Numbered from the whole stretch's first letter, positions 1 through 10,842 are shown. The stretch: DNA of 63,967 nt, filler included, from Vicugna vicugna (GCA_013265495.1; 77 parts of 72 records of this genome joined end to end with filler, not necessarily neighbours in it); one strand, 5' to 3'. Notes: generated from the letters alone by a model not told the origin. Numbers and translations are program-made.

Positions 1-1113
1 GGGATATCCTGCAAACCCCCCTAGCATTCCCTGGCACAGTGATATAAGGAATAGCCTCTAGGGACACGAGCATAGGCATTCCGTTAGAACCCACGCGCTG
101 CCGACCGTTGGTGGAACCTCCCCACGCTCAGGATTCCGGAACCATTGTCAGTGCGTGGGGGAGCTCGAGAGACAACTCCACGCAGCTCTCTTCNNNNNNN
201 NNNNNNNNNNNNNNNNNNNNNNNNNNNNNNNNNNNTTCCCTGACCTTGGGGAAGAAGCTTCTGTCACTGGGATATCCTGCAAAACCCCCTAGCATTCCCT
301 GGCACAGAGACATTAGGAAAACCCTCAGGGGAGACGAGCTTAGCCATTCCATTAGATCCCACGCGCTGCCGACTGTTGGTGGAACTTCCCCACTGTCAGG
401 AAACCGGAAACATTGTCAGTGCGTGGGGGAGCTCGAGAGACAATTCCACGCAGCTCTCTTCAGTCACAGGTGTTCCCTGCTCAGGGAAGTCCGAGGAATA
501 CATTCCCTGACCTTGGGGTGGCAGCCTCTGACACTGGGATATCCTGCAAACACCCCTAGCATTCCCTGGCACAGAGACATTAGGAAAAACCTCAGGGGAG
601 ACGAGCTTAGGCATTCCGTTNNNNNNNNNNNNNNNNNNNNNNNNNNNNNNNNNNNNNNNNNNNNNNNNNNNNNNNNNNNNNNNNNNNNNNNNNNNNNNNN
701 NNNNNNNNNNNNNNNNNNNNNNNNNNNNNNNNNNNNNNNNNNNNNNNNNNNNNNNNNNNNNNNNNNNNNNNNNNNNNNNNNNNNNNNNNNNNNNNNNNNN
801 NNNNNNNNNNNNNNNNNNNNNNNNNNNNNNNNNNNNNNNNNNNNNGGAAAACCCTCAGGGAAGACGAGCTTAGACTTTCCGTTAAAACCCACGCGCTGCC
901 GACCGTTGGTGGAACCTCCCCACGCTCAGGATTCCGGAACCATTGTCAGTGCTTGGGCGAGCTCGAGAGAAAACTCCACGCAGCTCTCTTCAGTCACAGG
1001 TGTTCCCTGTTCGGGGAAGTCCGAGAAATACCTTCCCTGACCTTGGGGAGGCAGCATATTACCCTGTAATATCCTGCAATCAACCCTTGCATTCCCTGGC
1101 ACAGAGACATTAG
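1..1113 (+). repeat. SatA 267-bp GC-rich tandem satellite (candidate centromeric/pericentromeric)
   Basis: GGGATATCCTGC at 269 and 536, period 267. Monomer core TTAGAACCCACGCGCTGCCGACCGTTGGTGGAACCTCCCCACGCTCAGGATTCCGGAAC. This copy defines the + orientation. Confidence 0.95.
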
Positions 1114-1213
1114 NNNNNNNNNNNNNNNNNNNNNNNNNNNNNNNNNNNNNNNNNNNNTTAATTAATTAANNNNNNNNNNNNNNNNNNNNNNNNNNNNNNN
1201 NNNNNNNNNNNNN
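1114..1213. other. Artificial scaffold-joining spacer N44-TTAATTAATTAA-N44 (first of about 76 copies in the window)
   Basis: 44 N + TTAATTAATTAA (1158-1169) + 44 N = 100 bp. The 12-mer is palindromic, gives TAA in all six frames, and recurs between unrelated sequence blocks (e.g. 2003, 2555, 3463 ... 63128). Confidence 0.97.
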
Positions 1214-1958
1214 CTCGTCTCCCCTGAGTTTTTTCCTAATTTCTCTGTGCCAGGGCATTGTAGGGGGATTTGCAGTATATCCCAGGGACATACTCTGCCT
1301 CCCCAAGGACAGGGAATGTATTTCCCGGACTTCCCCGAACAGGGAACACCTGTGAATTAAGAGAGCTGCGTGGAGTTGTCTCTTGAGCTCCCCCACGCAC
1401 TGAAAATGGTTCCGGAATCCTGAGCGTGGGGAGGTTCCACCAACGGTCGGCAGCGCGTGGGTTCTAACGGAATGCCTACGCTCGTCTCCCCTGAGGGTTT
1501 TCCTAGTGTCTCTGTGCCAGGGAATGCTAGGGTGGTTTGCAGGATATCCGAGTGACAGAGGCTGCCTCGCCAAGGTCAGGGAAAGTACATCTCGGACTTC
1601 CCCGAACAGGGAACACCTGTGACTGAAGAGAGCTGCGTGGAGTTGTCTCTCGAGCTCCCCCACGCACTGACAATGGTTCCGGAATCCTGAGCGTGGGGAG
1701 GTTCCACCNNNNNNNNNNNNNNNNNNNNNNNNNNNNNNNNNNNNNNNNNNNNNNNNNNNNNNNNNNNNNNNNNNNNNNNNNNNNNNNNNNNNNNNNNNNN
1801 NNNNNNNNNNNNNNNNNNNNNNNNNNNNNNNNNNNNNNNNNNNNNNNNNNNNNNNNNNNNNNNNNNCCTGAGGGTGTGGAGGTTCCACCAACAGTCGGCA
1901 TCGCGTGGGTTCCAATGGAATGCCTAAGCTCGTCTCCCCTAAGGGTTTTCCTAATGTC
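1214..1958 (-). repeat. SatA 267-bp satellite
   Basis: Reverse complement of the SatA monomer in tandem. Confidence 0.95.
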
Positions 1959-2199
1959 NNNNNNNNNNNNNNNNNNNNNNNNNNNNNNNNNNNNNNNNNN
2001 NNTTAATTAATTAANNNNNNNNNNNNNNNNNNNNNNNNNNNNNNNNNNNNNNNNNNNNATTCCAGCTCTATATCTTACATATTGTAAAAATTTATTTAAT
2101 ATTCGACAGTGCAATGTTTTTTCATCCTTTTCTTCCATCCCAAATTTTCTTGGCTAGTATTATGACTTTATTATTCCTGAAGAATTCTAAAATAATTTG

Positions 2200-2510
2200 C
2201 TCAAGTTAAAAAAAAAACAGGTAAGAGTTTTCATGGGATTTTTTAGTAAGTTTTGAATTATCTTTAGGGGAACTTACGTCTTTACAAAACTGCTTTCCTC
2301 CATGCAATATGTTGATGTCCATACATTCACTCCTCTTAATTTACCTCTTAATTTACCCCTCAGTACAGTCCTGTAGTTTTCTCCATGTAGAACATGGGCA
2401 TTAATTTTGAGTTTATTCCAGATTGTTGTTGAGGATTTTGTTAATTTTTTAAGGGGGAATTTTTTGTATTACATTTTTTAACTGTTTAAACTGACACCTA
2501 GGAAGGCAGA
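2200..2510 (-). mobile_element. Old L1 (L1M-type) ORF2 fragment, degenerate
   Basis: T-rich antisense L1 pattern (TTTAGGGGAACTTACGTCTTTACAAAA ... TGTAGTTTTCTCCATGTAG). Confidence 0.55.
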
Positions 2511-2610
2511 NNNNNNNNNNNNNNNNNNNNNNNNNNNNNNNNNNNNNNNNNNNNTTAATTAATTAANNNNNNNNNNNNNNNNNNNNNNNNNNNNNNNNNN
2601 NNNNNNNNNN

Positions 2611-3418
2611 TCTTAAAACAGATTTGAGGTATACTTGGCAAAATAATTTTCACACTTTTGAAGTGTACAGCTTAATATGTTTTGATATAAGTATATCCCC
2701 AAGAAACCATGACCACACTCAAGACAGTGAACATACCCATCACCCCAAAGCTTCTCTCCTGCCTTTTGTTGTCCCTCCCTCCCTCCCCATCTCTTCCCCT
2801 TGAAACCATTGATCTGCTTTCTATCACAAGATATTGGTTTTCATTTTCAAGATCCTTACATGAATGGATTCATGCAGTATCTACTCTATGTTGTCTGACT
2901 TCCTTCATTCAGTGTAATTATTTTGAGAGTCATCTGTGTTTCTGTATTAATAGCTTATCTGTCTTATAGTAGAGTATTGTTTAGTGCTGAGTTTTACTGA
3001 ATAGTTTATTGTGAGCAGTGTTTGGATAGACCATCATTTCTTTCTGCGTTTACTTCTTGATGGATGCATGGGTTATTTACAACTTGAGCTATTATAAATA
3101 AATTTGCAGTGAATATTTGGTTACAAGTCTTTGTATGGACATATGCTTTTCTTTTCTAAAGCACCAGATGAGGAATAAAGCACCAGATGAGGAATTTCTG
3201 GGTTATATGGTAGATAGGTGTTTAAATTTCTTAAAGAAAGTGTTAAAGACTTTTCCAAAATGGTTGTACTATTATAAATTCCTCGTGGTGTGTATCAGTT
3301 CTGGTTGCTCTACTTCCTTGCCAGCACTTTGTAAGGTCGGTCTTTCTAATCGTATTCATTCTAGTATGTACGTGAACTAGAATCTCACTGTGGTTTTTAA
3401 AAGCATTTATCTAATGAC
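2611..3418 (-). mobile_element. Old L1 3' end (L1MC/MD/ME-like)
   Basis: TTTGAGGTATA ... AAGTGTACAG ... ACCACACTCAAGACAGTGAACATACCCATCACCCCAAAG ... CTCACTGTGGTTTT ... GCATTTATCTAATGAC, typical of an antisense L1 3'UTR/ORF2 end. Confidence 0.8.
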
Positions 3419-3518
3419 NNNNNNNNNNNNNNNNNNNNNNNNNNNNNNNNNNNNNNNNNNNNTTAATTAATTAANNNNNNNNNNNNNNNNNNNNNNNNNN
3501 NNNNNNNNNNNNNNNNNN

Positions 3519-4234
3519 GTGTTCCCTGCTCGGGGAAGTCCGAGAAATAATTTCCCTGACTTGGGGAGGGAGCCACTGACACTGGGATTATCTGTAACGC
3601 ACCCTAGCATTCCCTGGGAGAGAGACATGAGGAAAACTCTCAGGGGAGACGAGCACAGGCATTCCTTTATTACCCACGCGCTCCCGAACATTCCTTTATT
3701 ACCCACGCGCTCCCGACCGTTGCTGGAACCTACCCACGCTCAGGATTCCGGAACCAAAATCATTGATTGGGGGATCTCGAGAGACAACTCTACGCAGCTC
3801 TCTACATTCACAGGTGTTCCTTGCTCAGGGAAGTCCGAGAAAAAGTTTCCCTGACCTTGGGGAGGCCGCCTCTGTCACTGGGATATCCTGCAACACCCCC
3901 TAGCATTACCTCTCACAGACACATGAGGAAAACCCCCAGGGGAGACGAGCACAGGCTTTCCCTTAGAACCCACCCGCTGCCGACCATTGGTGGATCCTCC
4001 CCACGCTCTGGATTCCAGAACCATTTTCATTAAGTGGGGGAGCTCGAGAGACATCTCCAGGCAGCTCTCTTCAGTCACAGGTGTTCCCTGTTCGGGGAAG
4101 TCCGAGAAAGAACTTCCCTAACTTTGGGGAGTCAGCCACTGACACTGGGATTTTCTGTAACGCACCCTAACATTCCCTGGGAGAGAGACATGGGGAAAAA
4201 ACTCAGGGGAGACGAGCACCGGCATTCCCATAGA
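3519..4234 (+). repeat. SatA 267-bp satellite, variant subfamily (GAGCACAGGC / GACATGAGG type)
   Basis: SatA homology with recurring diagnostic substitutions and an internal 29-bp duplication. Confidence 0.92.
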
Positions 4235-4334
4235 NNNNNNNNNNNNNNNNNNNNNNNNNNNNNNNNNNNNNNNNNNNNTTAATTAATTAANNNNNNNNNN
4301 NNNNNNNNNNNNNNNNNNNNNNNNNNNNNNNNNN

Positions 4335-4903
4335 AAGTTTCTTTTCAGATGCAAACTCCACTCCATACATATATATGTGAAGGTACAAGCTCCAGGACGT
4401 TTTTACAGTGAAAACTGCAGGAACTTCAAACCGGCACAAGGAAACAGACTGAGAAACAGATTAATTGTTTCTACTGCTACACGTTCCCTTGGTTCTGGAT
4501 GAACGATCGTTTCTCCACATGCTCAGTTCTGAGAGATAAGTGTGTGTGAAAGCCCTCCTCCACCTAGCTGAAAGGGAACAGTATGTTTCTTTTCATTTGC
4601 GTACTCCACTACATACATATATATGGGGAGGTACAAGCTCCAACTCGGTTTTACAGTGAAAACTGCAGGAAATTTTAACTGGCAAAAGGAAACAGACTGA
4701 GAATCCAGAGTAAGTCTCTCTCTTGCAACCCGTTCCCTTTGTGCTGGTTGAAAGAACTTCTCTAACATGCTCAGTTCAAAGAGAAAATTGTATGTGAAAG
4801 CCGTCCTTCACATAAACATATCTTGAACAGAAAGTTTCCTTTGAGTTGTAAACACCAATACATTCATATATATGGGGAGGGCAAGGTCCAACTCGTTTTT
4901 ACA
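4335..4903 (+). repeat. SatB 248-bp tandem satellite
   Basis: ACATGCTCAG at 4517 and 4765; GTACAAGCTCCA at 4383 and 4631 (period 248). Confidence 0.92.
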
Positions 4904-5003
4904 NNNNNNNNNNNNNNNNNNNNNNNNNNNNNNNNNNNNNNNNNNNNTTAATTAATTAANNNNNNNNNNNNNNNNNNNNNNNNNNNNNNNNNNNNNNNNN
5001 NNN

Positions 5004-5523
5004 AAAGTTCAATAATCCACATGCTCACAACTCAGAGATTCATGTTTTCGTATCTGTCATGCATGTAGCATTTATGGATCCCGGAATGCCATGTTGATGG
5101 AATTCATGTAAATTACATATCTATTTCATTGGAATCGCTCCAGAAGTATTTTTCTGTGAAAAATGCAAGAATTCGACAGTAGTGTTAGGGAAAGCTTGTG
5201 AAAATGTGTACACGTGTCTAGATAAAATTTCCTTTAAGAGAGGATGAAAGATCAGTAATGAACATGCTCTCAACTCAGGAATGCATGTTTGTCGAATCCG
5301 TCATGCATGTAGCATGTACTGAGCACGGAATCTCATGTTGATGGAAGCTATTTAAATTATATATCTCTAGGATAGAATTCGTACCAAGAGTGTTTTTCTG
5401 AGATTAAATTTGATTTTTGAAACTGGTGATAGAAAAAAGCTACGAAGTCCAAGTAAATATTTCAAAGTGCATAGGTAGCATGTTTGGTGTTTGAAATATG
5501 AGTCATTCGCATGTTCACAACTC
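5004..5523 (+). repeat. SatC AT-rich satellite (741-bp unit of three ~247-bp monomers)
   Basis: Repeated CATGCTC(A/T)CAACTCAG motif; homologous to 57383-58141. Confidence 0.9.
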
Positions 5524-5623
5524 NNNNNNNNNNNNNNNNNNNNNNNNNNNNNNNNNNNNNNNNNNNNTTAATTAATTAANNNNNNNNNNNNNNNNNNNNN
5601 NNNNNNNNNNNNNNNNNNNNNNN

Positions 5624-6318
5624 TTTATATTTACTACAATCTCTTCTTTTGTGTCGGCATATGGTCCAAACATATATATGGGGAGGAAAAACCTCCAACA
5701 CGGTTTTACAGTGCAAACCGCAGGAACTTCAAACCGGCACTACGAAACAGACTGAGAAAATAGAGTAAGTGTTTCTCCTGCAAATTGTTCCCTTTGTGTT
5801 GGATGAACGAACGTCTCTCCACATGCTCAGTTCTGAGAGATAAGTGTGTGTGAAAGCCGTCCTTCACCTAGCTTGAAGGGAACACAAAGTTTCTTTCCGT
5901 TGCAAAATCCACTCCATACATATATATGGGGAGGTACAAGCTCCAACTCGGTTTTACAGTGAAAACGGCAGGCACTTCAAACCGGCACTAGGAAACAACT
6001 GAGAAACCAGAGTAAGTGTTTCTCCTGCAAAACGTTCCCTTTGTGNNNNNNNNNNNNNNNNNNNNNNNNNNNNNNNNNNNNNNNTAGCTTGAAGGGAACA
6101 CAAAGTTTCTTTTCAGTTGCCAACTCCACTCCATACATATATATGGGGATGTACAAGCCCCAACTCGGTTTTACAGTGAAAACGGCAGGCACTTCAAACC
6201 GGTAATAGGAAACAGACTGAGAAACCACAGTAAGGGTTTCTCCTGCAAACGGTTCACTTTGTGCTGGATGAAGGAAAGTCTCTCAACATGCTCAGTTCTG
6301 AGAGATAAGTGTGTGTGA
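5624..6318 (+). repeat. SatB 248-bp satellite
   Basis: GGTTTTACAGTG at 5702 and 5950 (period 248). Confidence 0.93.
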
Positions 6319-6418
6319 NNNNNNNNNNNNNNNNNNNNNNNNNNNNNNNNNNNNNNNNNNNNTTAATTAATTAANNNNNNNNNNNNNNNNNNNNNNNNNN
6401 NNNNNNNNNNNNNNNNNN

Positions 6419-7272
6419 ATAAATGAACAAATATGTTTGTATTTCTGTGCAACATGGGAGCAGGCTTCATATGTTTCTATGTAATATATGTGACTGTGTG
6501 TTTTAATCTGTCTGTCAGTGTTTTTATAGTTTTTCAGCAATGTTGTAACTTTAGAATTCTTCTAAGGAATTCACGCCCGATACTACTGCAGTTTGTTGTG
6601 TATCCTGTCTTATGCATGGGATTCCACTGTCCCCTCAGTGAGGAATTTCCTCTCCTATTGAGTTAGTAGCAGAGTCAAAGGAACTGTGATTTCTAGCCCT
6701 TTGCTCTCCATGTGTTTCCAGTTGGTTGTTAATCATGATTTTCCCTTTCTTGAGTTTTCATTGTTCAATTAGAATTTTTGAAAATAGCTATTAATATGTT
6801 TCACCAGTCTCCCTAGAAACTTGATGTATTTGTGCTTTTCAGTTTTCAATTTATGAAAATTGTAAATGCACACTTGTTTTTAAGTACTCCTTTTTCACTA
6901 GNNNNNNNNNNNNNNNNNNNNNNNNNNNNNNNNNNATTTTTTCCCAATGAATGAATCGGTGTGCATGTTTTAAAAGATACTTTACTTTTTATTTTTCTTA
7001 TTCTAACAGATATATTCATTGTACACAATTTAGAAAATAAGGATAAACACAGTAATAACTTAAAAATGGCCTCTAATCTCACCTGGAGATACAGTTGTAA
7101 GGTTTGAAATTGAGAATTACAAGTCCTCTCACATTGTTCTTGTATTTCAAGTACGTTTTGGTTACTGAGACCCTCGAATTCCCATATGAATTGTAGCAGC
7201 AGCTAGTCAGTTACTTCAGAGGAGCCTGCTGGGATTGTGATTGAGACCACGTTGAGTATACGGATCGCTCTG
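6419..7272 (-). mobile_element. Degenerate old L1 fragments
   Basis: Antisense L1-like tracts, e.g. TTCCCATATGAATTGTAGCAGCAGCTAGTCAG ... CCTGCTGGGATTGTGATTGAGA. Confidence 0.5.
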
Positions 7273-7372
7273 NNNNNNNNNNNNNNNNNNNNNNNNNNNN
7301 NNNNNNNNNNNNNNNNTTAATTAATTAANNNNNNNNNNNNNNNNNNNNNNNNNNNNNNNNNNNNNNNNNNNN

Positions 7373-8078
7373 AGTATTCGGTATACTATATTCTAAATTC
7401 TGTGTTCTGCATTCCATATCCTAAATTCAATATTCAGTATTCTGTATTCAATTTTCTAAATTTTGTGTTCTAAATACTATATTCTTAATTCTATATTCAG
7501 TATTATGTATTCTATATTCTTAATTCTGTGCTCTACATTCCATGTTCTAAATTCTCTATTCTCTATTCTATATTCTGTGTTCTACTTTCTATATTCTAAA
7601 TTCTATATTCTGTATTCAGTATTCCATATTCAAAATTCTGTGTTCTGCATTCCATGTTCTATAATCTGGCATCTATATTTTTTATTCTATAATCTAATGT
7701 TCTGCATTCCATGTTGTAAATTCTATATTCAGTATTCTCTAATGTATATTCTAAATTCTGTGTTCTGCATTCTATATTCTATATTCTATATTCAGTATTC
7801 TGTATTCTATAATCTAAATTCTGTGTTCTGCATCCCATGTTCTAAATTCTGGGTTCTGTGTTAAGTTTCCATAATCTATATTCTGTGTTCTAATTCCTAT
7901 ATTCTGTATACTATATTCTGCATTCCGTATTCTATATTCTATGTTCTGTGATCTACATTCTATATTCTAAATTCTATATTCTGTAATCTGTATAGTATAT
8001 TCTTAATTCTGTGTTCTGTATAACTTGTTCTATATTCTGGGTCCTATCTTCTGTTTTCCATATTTTATATTCTGTGTT
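7373..8078 (+). repeat. SatD 7-bp (TTCnnnn) simple satellite with 63-bp higher-order period
   Basis: TTC every 7 bp; TTCTGCA at 7700, 7763 and 7826. Confidence 0.93.
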
Positions 8079-8178
8079 NNNNNNNNNNNNNNNNNNNNNN
8101 NNNNNNNNNNNNNNNNNNNNNNTTAATTAATTAANNNNNNNNNNNNNNNNNNNNNNNNNNNNNNNNNNNNNNNNNNNN

Positions 8179-8263
8179 TCTGCCTCCCTGACCATCACTG
8201 GGCTCCAGGCTGAGGACGAGGCTAACTGTTACTTGGATGTTATGACAGCAGCCTCTGTGGTCG
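8179..8263 (+). pseudogene. IGLV: Immunoglobulin lambda variable segment (IGLV1-like), FR3/CDR3 end, frameshifted
   Basis: Translates [18 protein letters not shown], then after a 1-bp shift GCYDSSLCG. This matches the IGLV1 pattern [28 protein letters not shown], with the conserved YYC disrupted. The 5' end is cut by the scaffold edge. Confidence 0.9.
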
Positions 8264-8302
8264 CTCAGTGCTCCAGGCAGGCAGGGAAGTGGGGCAGAAA
8301 CC
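8264..8302 (+). promoter_or_regulatory. V(D)J recombination signal sequence, 23-bp spacer, mutated heptamer
   Basis: CTCAGTG (8264-8270; consensus CACAGTG) + 23 bp + GCAGAAACC (8294-8302; consensus ACAAAAACC). A 23-bp spacer is the lambda V configuration. Confidence 0.88.
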
Positions 8303-9189
8303 TACTGTCCCTCTGCCCTTGCTGCTCAGCCAATACAGCTATGTCCTCTCTTTGCTTTTCTTGAAAGTGGAGCCTTAGACCAATCCTAAGGGACTTTGTC
8401 TGGAGAATGTGTCCTGACCTTTCAAATTCTGTCCCTAAACCCAGTCCTTGTCAATAGAGCCTTGTCTGCTGTTCTCAAAGTGAACAGGACTTCCTGGATA
8501 GCCCTGGGCAGCTACACTGGATGTTGAGCCCACGTTAGGTCAGAATCAGGGACATGAAATTCAAATGTGCCTGACTAGAAATGAATGTAAGGACGTCCGT
8601 CCATCCACACCCTTGAGTGAACACCTACCAGGTGTCCGGTAGGCTCCAGAGCTTGGATACAGCTTGAAGGATGTAGAGCAGCCTGTGTCCTCATCAATAC
8701 ATCACACGTGACTGAGGAGGAAGAGGCAGGCTTTGCGGGTGGATGTGGGAGCCACTGGATGGGGTACGGGGAAGCAACAGAAGATGATTTTATATGGATT
8801 CCACACTGAAATGAGGGAGGGGAGGAGGAGAGTGAAGGCAGGGACCACGTGGGGCTGTGGATTGGACACAATGGTCAGAATGTGGTGACGGGGATGACAG
8901 GGGAGCAGGTGAGGGGAAGGCACATAGTCAGGTGCCACTCGTCTCTGAGGTAGGAGTAAGTATAGAATCGGGCCATGAAAGTGTGGAACCGAACTGAGGT
9001 TTAGGAACCGCGTGGGGNNNNNNNNNNNNNNNNNNNNNNNNNNNNNNNNNNNNNNNNNNNNTTAATTAATTAANNNNNNNNNNNNNNNNNNNNNNNNNNN
9101 NNNNNNNNNNNNNNNNNCTGGATTGTCAGCCCTTCAGCGGTGAGCGAGCCCAACTGCCACAATAGACAGGCAAATGCGTGTTGGATCAG

Positions 9190-9514
9190 ATGTGACAGAA
9201 GTTTACTTTTGTTACAGCACTGTAGGGTTGAACATGGGGAAGCAGCCTTCCATCTGTCAGTCCTTCAGAACCTAGAGGGGCTGAGGCTCTGCCATCCTTG
9301 ATACACAGCTTCCAAGACAGCTCTGGGGATCATCTCCATCCTACCTGACAAAAGAAGAAAAGAACACTGGGGAGTCCATGAAAGAGAAGCCCTCCACTCC
9401 AGTTGGCTTGAACTCAGTCACATGGCCACCCTTAAGTGCAAGGGAGGCTGGGACATGTAGTCTAGCAGATCGTGGATTTTCAGATCTGCCAACACTTTCT
9501 GCCACAATCCAATC
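9190..9514. mobile_element. MaLR LTR fragment (MLT1J/K-like)
   Basis: GAACTCAGTCACATGGCCACCCTTAAGTGCAAGGGAGGCTGGGACATGTAGTCTAGC is a characteristic old MLT1 motif. Confidence 0.75.
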
Positions 9515-9614
9515 NNNNNNNNNNNNNNNNNNNNNNNNNNNNNNNNNNNNNNNNNNNNTTAATTAATTAANNNNNNNNNNNNNNNNNNNNNNNNNNNNNN
9601 NNNNNNNNNNNNNN

Positions 9615-10742
9615 TCTGTTGCCCTGTCTTCTAGATCACTAAATCGTTCCTCTGCATTAGCTAGTCGGTGTTGCACAGCTGTTAGATCATTCCTCATCTC
9701 TGTCAATGAGTTTACCCATTCTGCTTGGCTCTTCTTTATAGCTTCAATTTCATTTTTGACATATTTTATTTCTCTAAGCACTATCTCTTTTAATTCCTTC
9801 AGCAATTTGATCACTCCTTTTTTGAAATCTTGATCTAGTAGGCTAAAAAAATGTCTATTTCATTGAGCTTTCTTTCAGGGGATTCCTCTTGTTCTTTTAA
9901 TTGGGAAAGGTTTCTCTGCTTCTTCATCTTGCTCATACCTCTCTGGCACTGTGGTTTATGGAGTATCAGTTGTCTATTTTGGGTCTTAAGGATTTTATCT
10001 ATCTAATGCTTATTTAGGAATACAACTTAGGGAAAAAAAGAAAAAAGAAAAAAATAAGAGAGAGAGAGATTTTTAAAAAAAGGGAGAAAGAGGGTTTGAA
10101 AACAATGTATAATGAATAACTGAAGAGCGGGTTGAAGCAGAGTATTAATCGGGTGGAGACGTCCTTTTAAAACCTTTAAGAAAAAAAAGGGGGTGGGGAG
10201 ATGAATATATGTGTTTGAAGCCTGTGTCTAATCAATAACAGGACATCAAAACCCAAGAGAAATAGAAATGAATTAAGAAGTAAAAATTANNNNNNNNNNN
10301 NNNNNNNNNNNNNNNNNNNNNNNNNNNNNNNNNNNNNNNNNNNNNNNNNNNNNNNNNNNNNNNNNNNNNNNNNNNNNNNNNNNNNNNNNNNNNNNNNNNN
10401 NNNNNNNNNNNNNNNNNNNNNNNNNNNNNNNNNNNNNNNNNNNNNNNNNNNNNNNNNNNNNNNNNNNNNNNNNNNNNNNNNNNNNNNNNNNNNNNNNNNN
10501 NNNNNNNNNNNNNNNNNNNNNNNNNNNCGCCTCCTAACACGGGGTCAGATGCAGCTCTCCTCTGCTGCGGGCGGGCGGGTCACTGCCCCTCCGGATGCCG
10601 CAGTCAGATGTTGCAGACTGCCCAGGCAGGAGGGTGGGTCGTGCCCCCTCCCAGCACCTCGGTCAGGGGCTGTGTTCCTGCCCGAAAGGCAGGGGGATGC
10701 TCTCCCTCTGCCTGCGCCGCCGGTAGCTCCGCTGCTCTGTGC
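9615..10742 (-). mobile_element. L1 5' region: GC-rich 5'UTR, A/T-rich tract and ORF1 N-terminus
   Basis: ORF1 starts at 9936 (MSKMKKQRNLSQLKEQEESPERKLNEIDI). After a frameshift at the homopolymer near 9845-9851 it continues SLLDQDFKKGVIKLLKELKEIVLREIKYVKNEIEAIKKSQ...RLANAEERFSDLEDR, an ORF1p coiled coil. Confidence 0.88.
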
Positions 10743-10842
10743 NNNNNNNNNNNNNNNNNNNNNNNNNNNNNNNNNNNNNNNNNNNNTTAATTAATTAANN
10801 NNNNNNNNNNNNNNNNNNNNNNNNNNNNNNNNNNNNNNNNNN

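Noticed and set aside
4500..4540. Homology between SatA (CCTCCCCACGCTCAGGATTCC) and SatB (TCTCCACATGCTCAGTTCT)
   Set aside because: Match is too short and the unit lengths differ; not supportable without a profile alignment
7463..7864. Hydrophobic Y/S/I/F/L/C-rich ORFs as membrane proteins
   Set aside because: Translation of the 7-bp satellite
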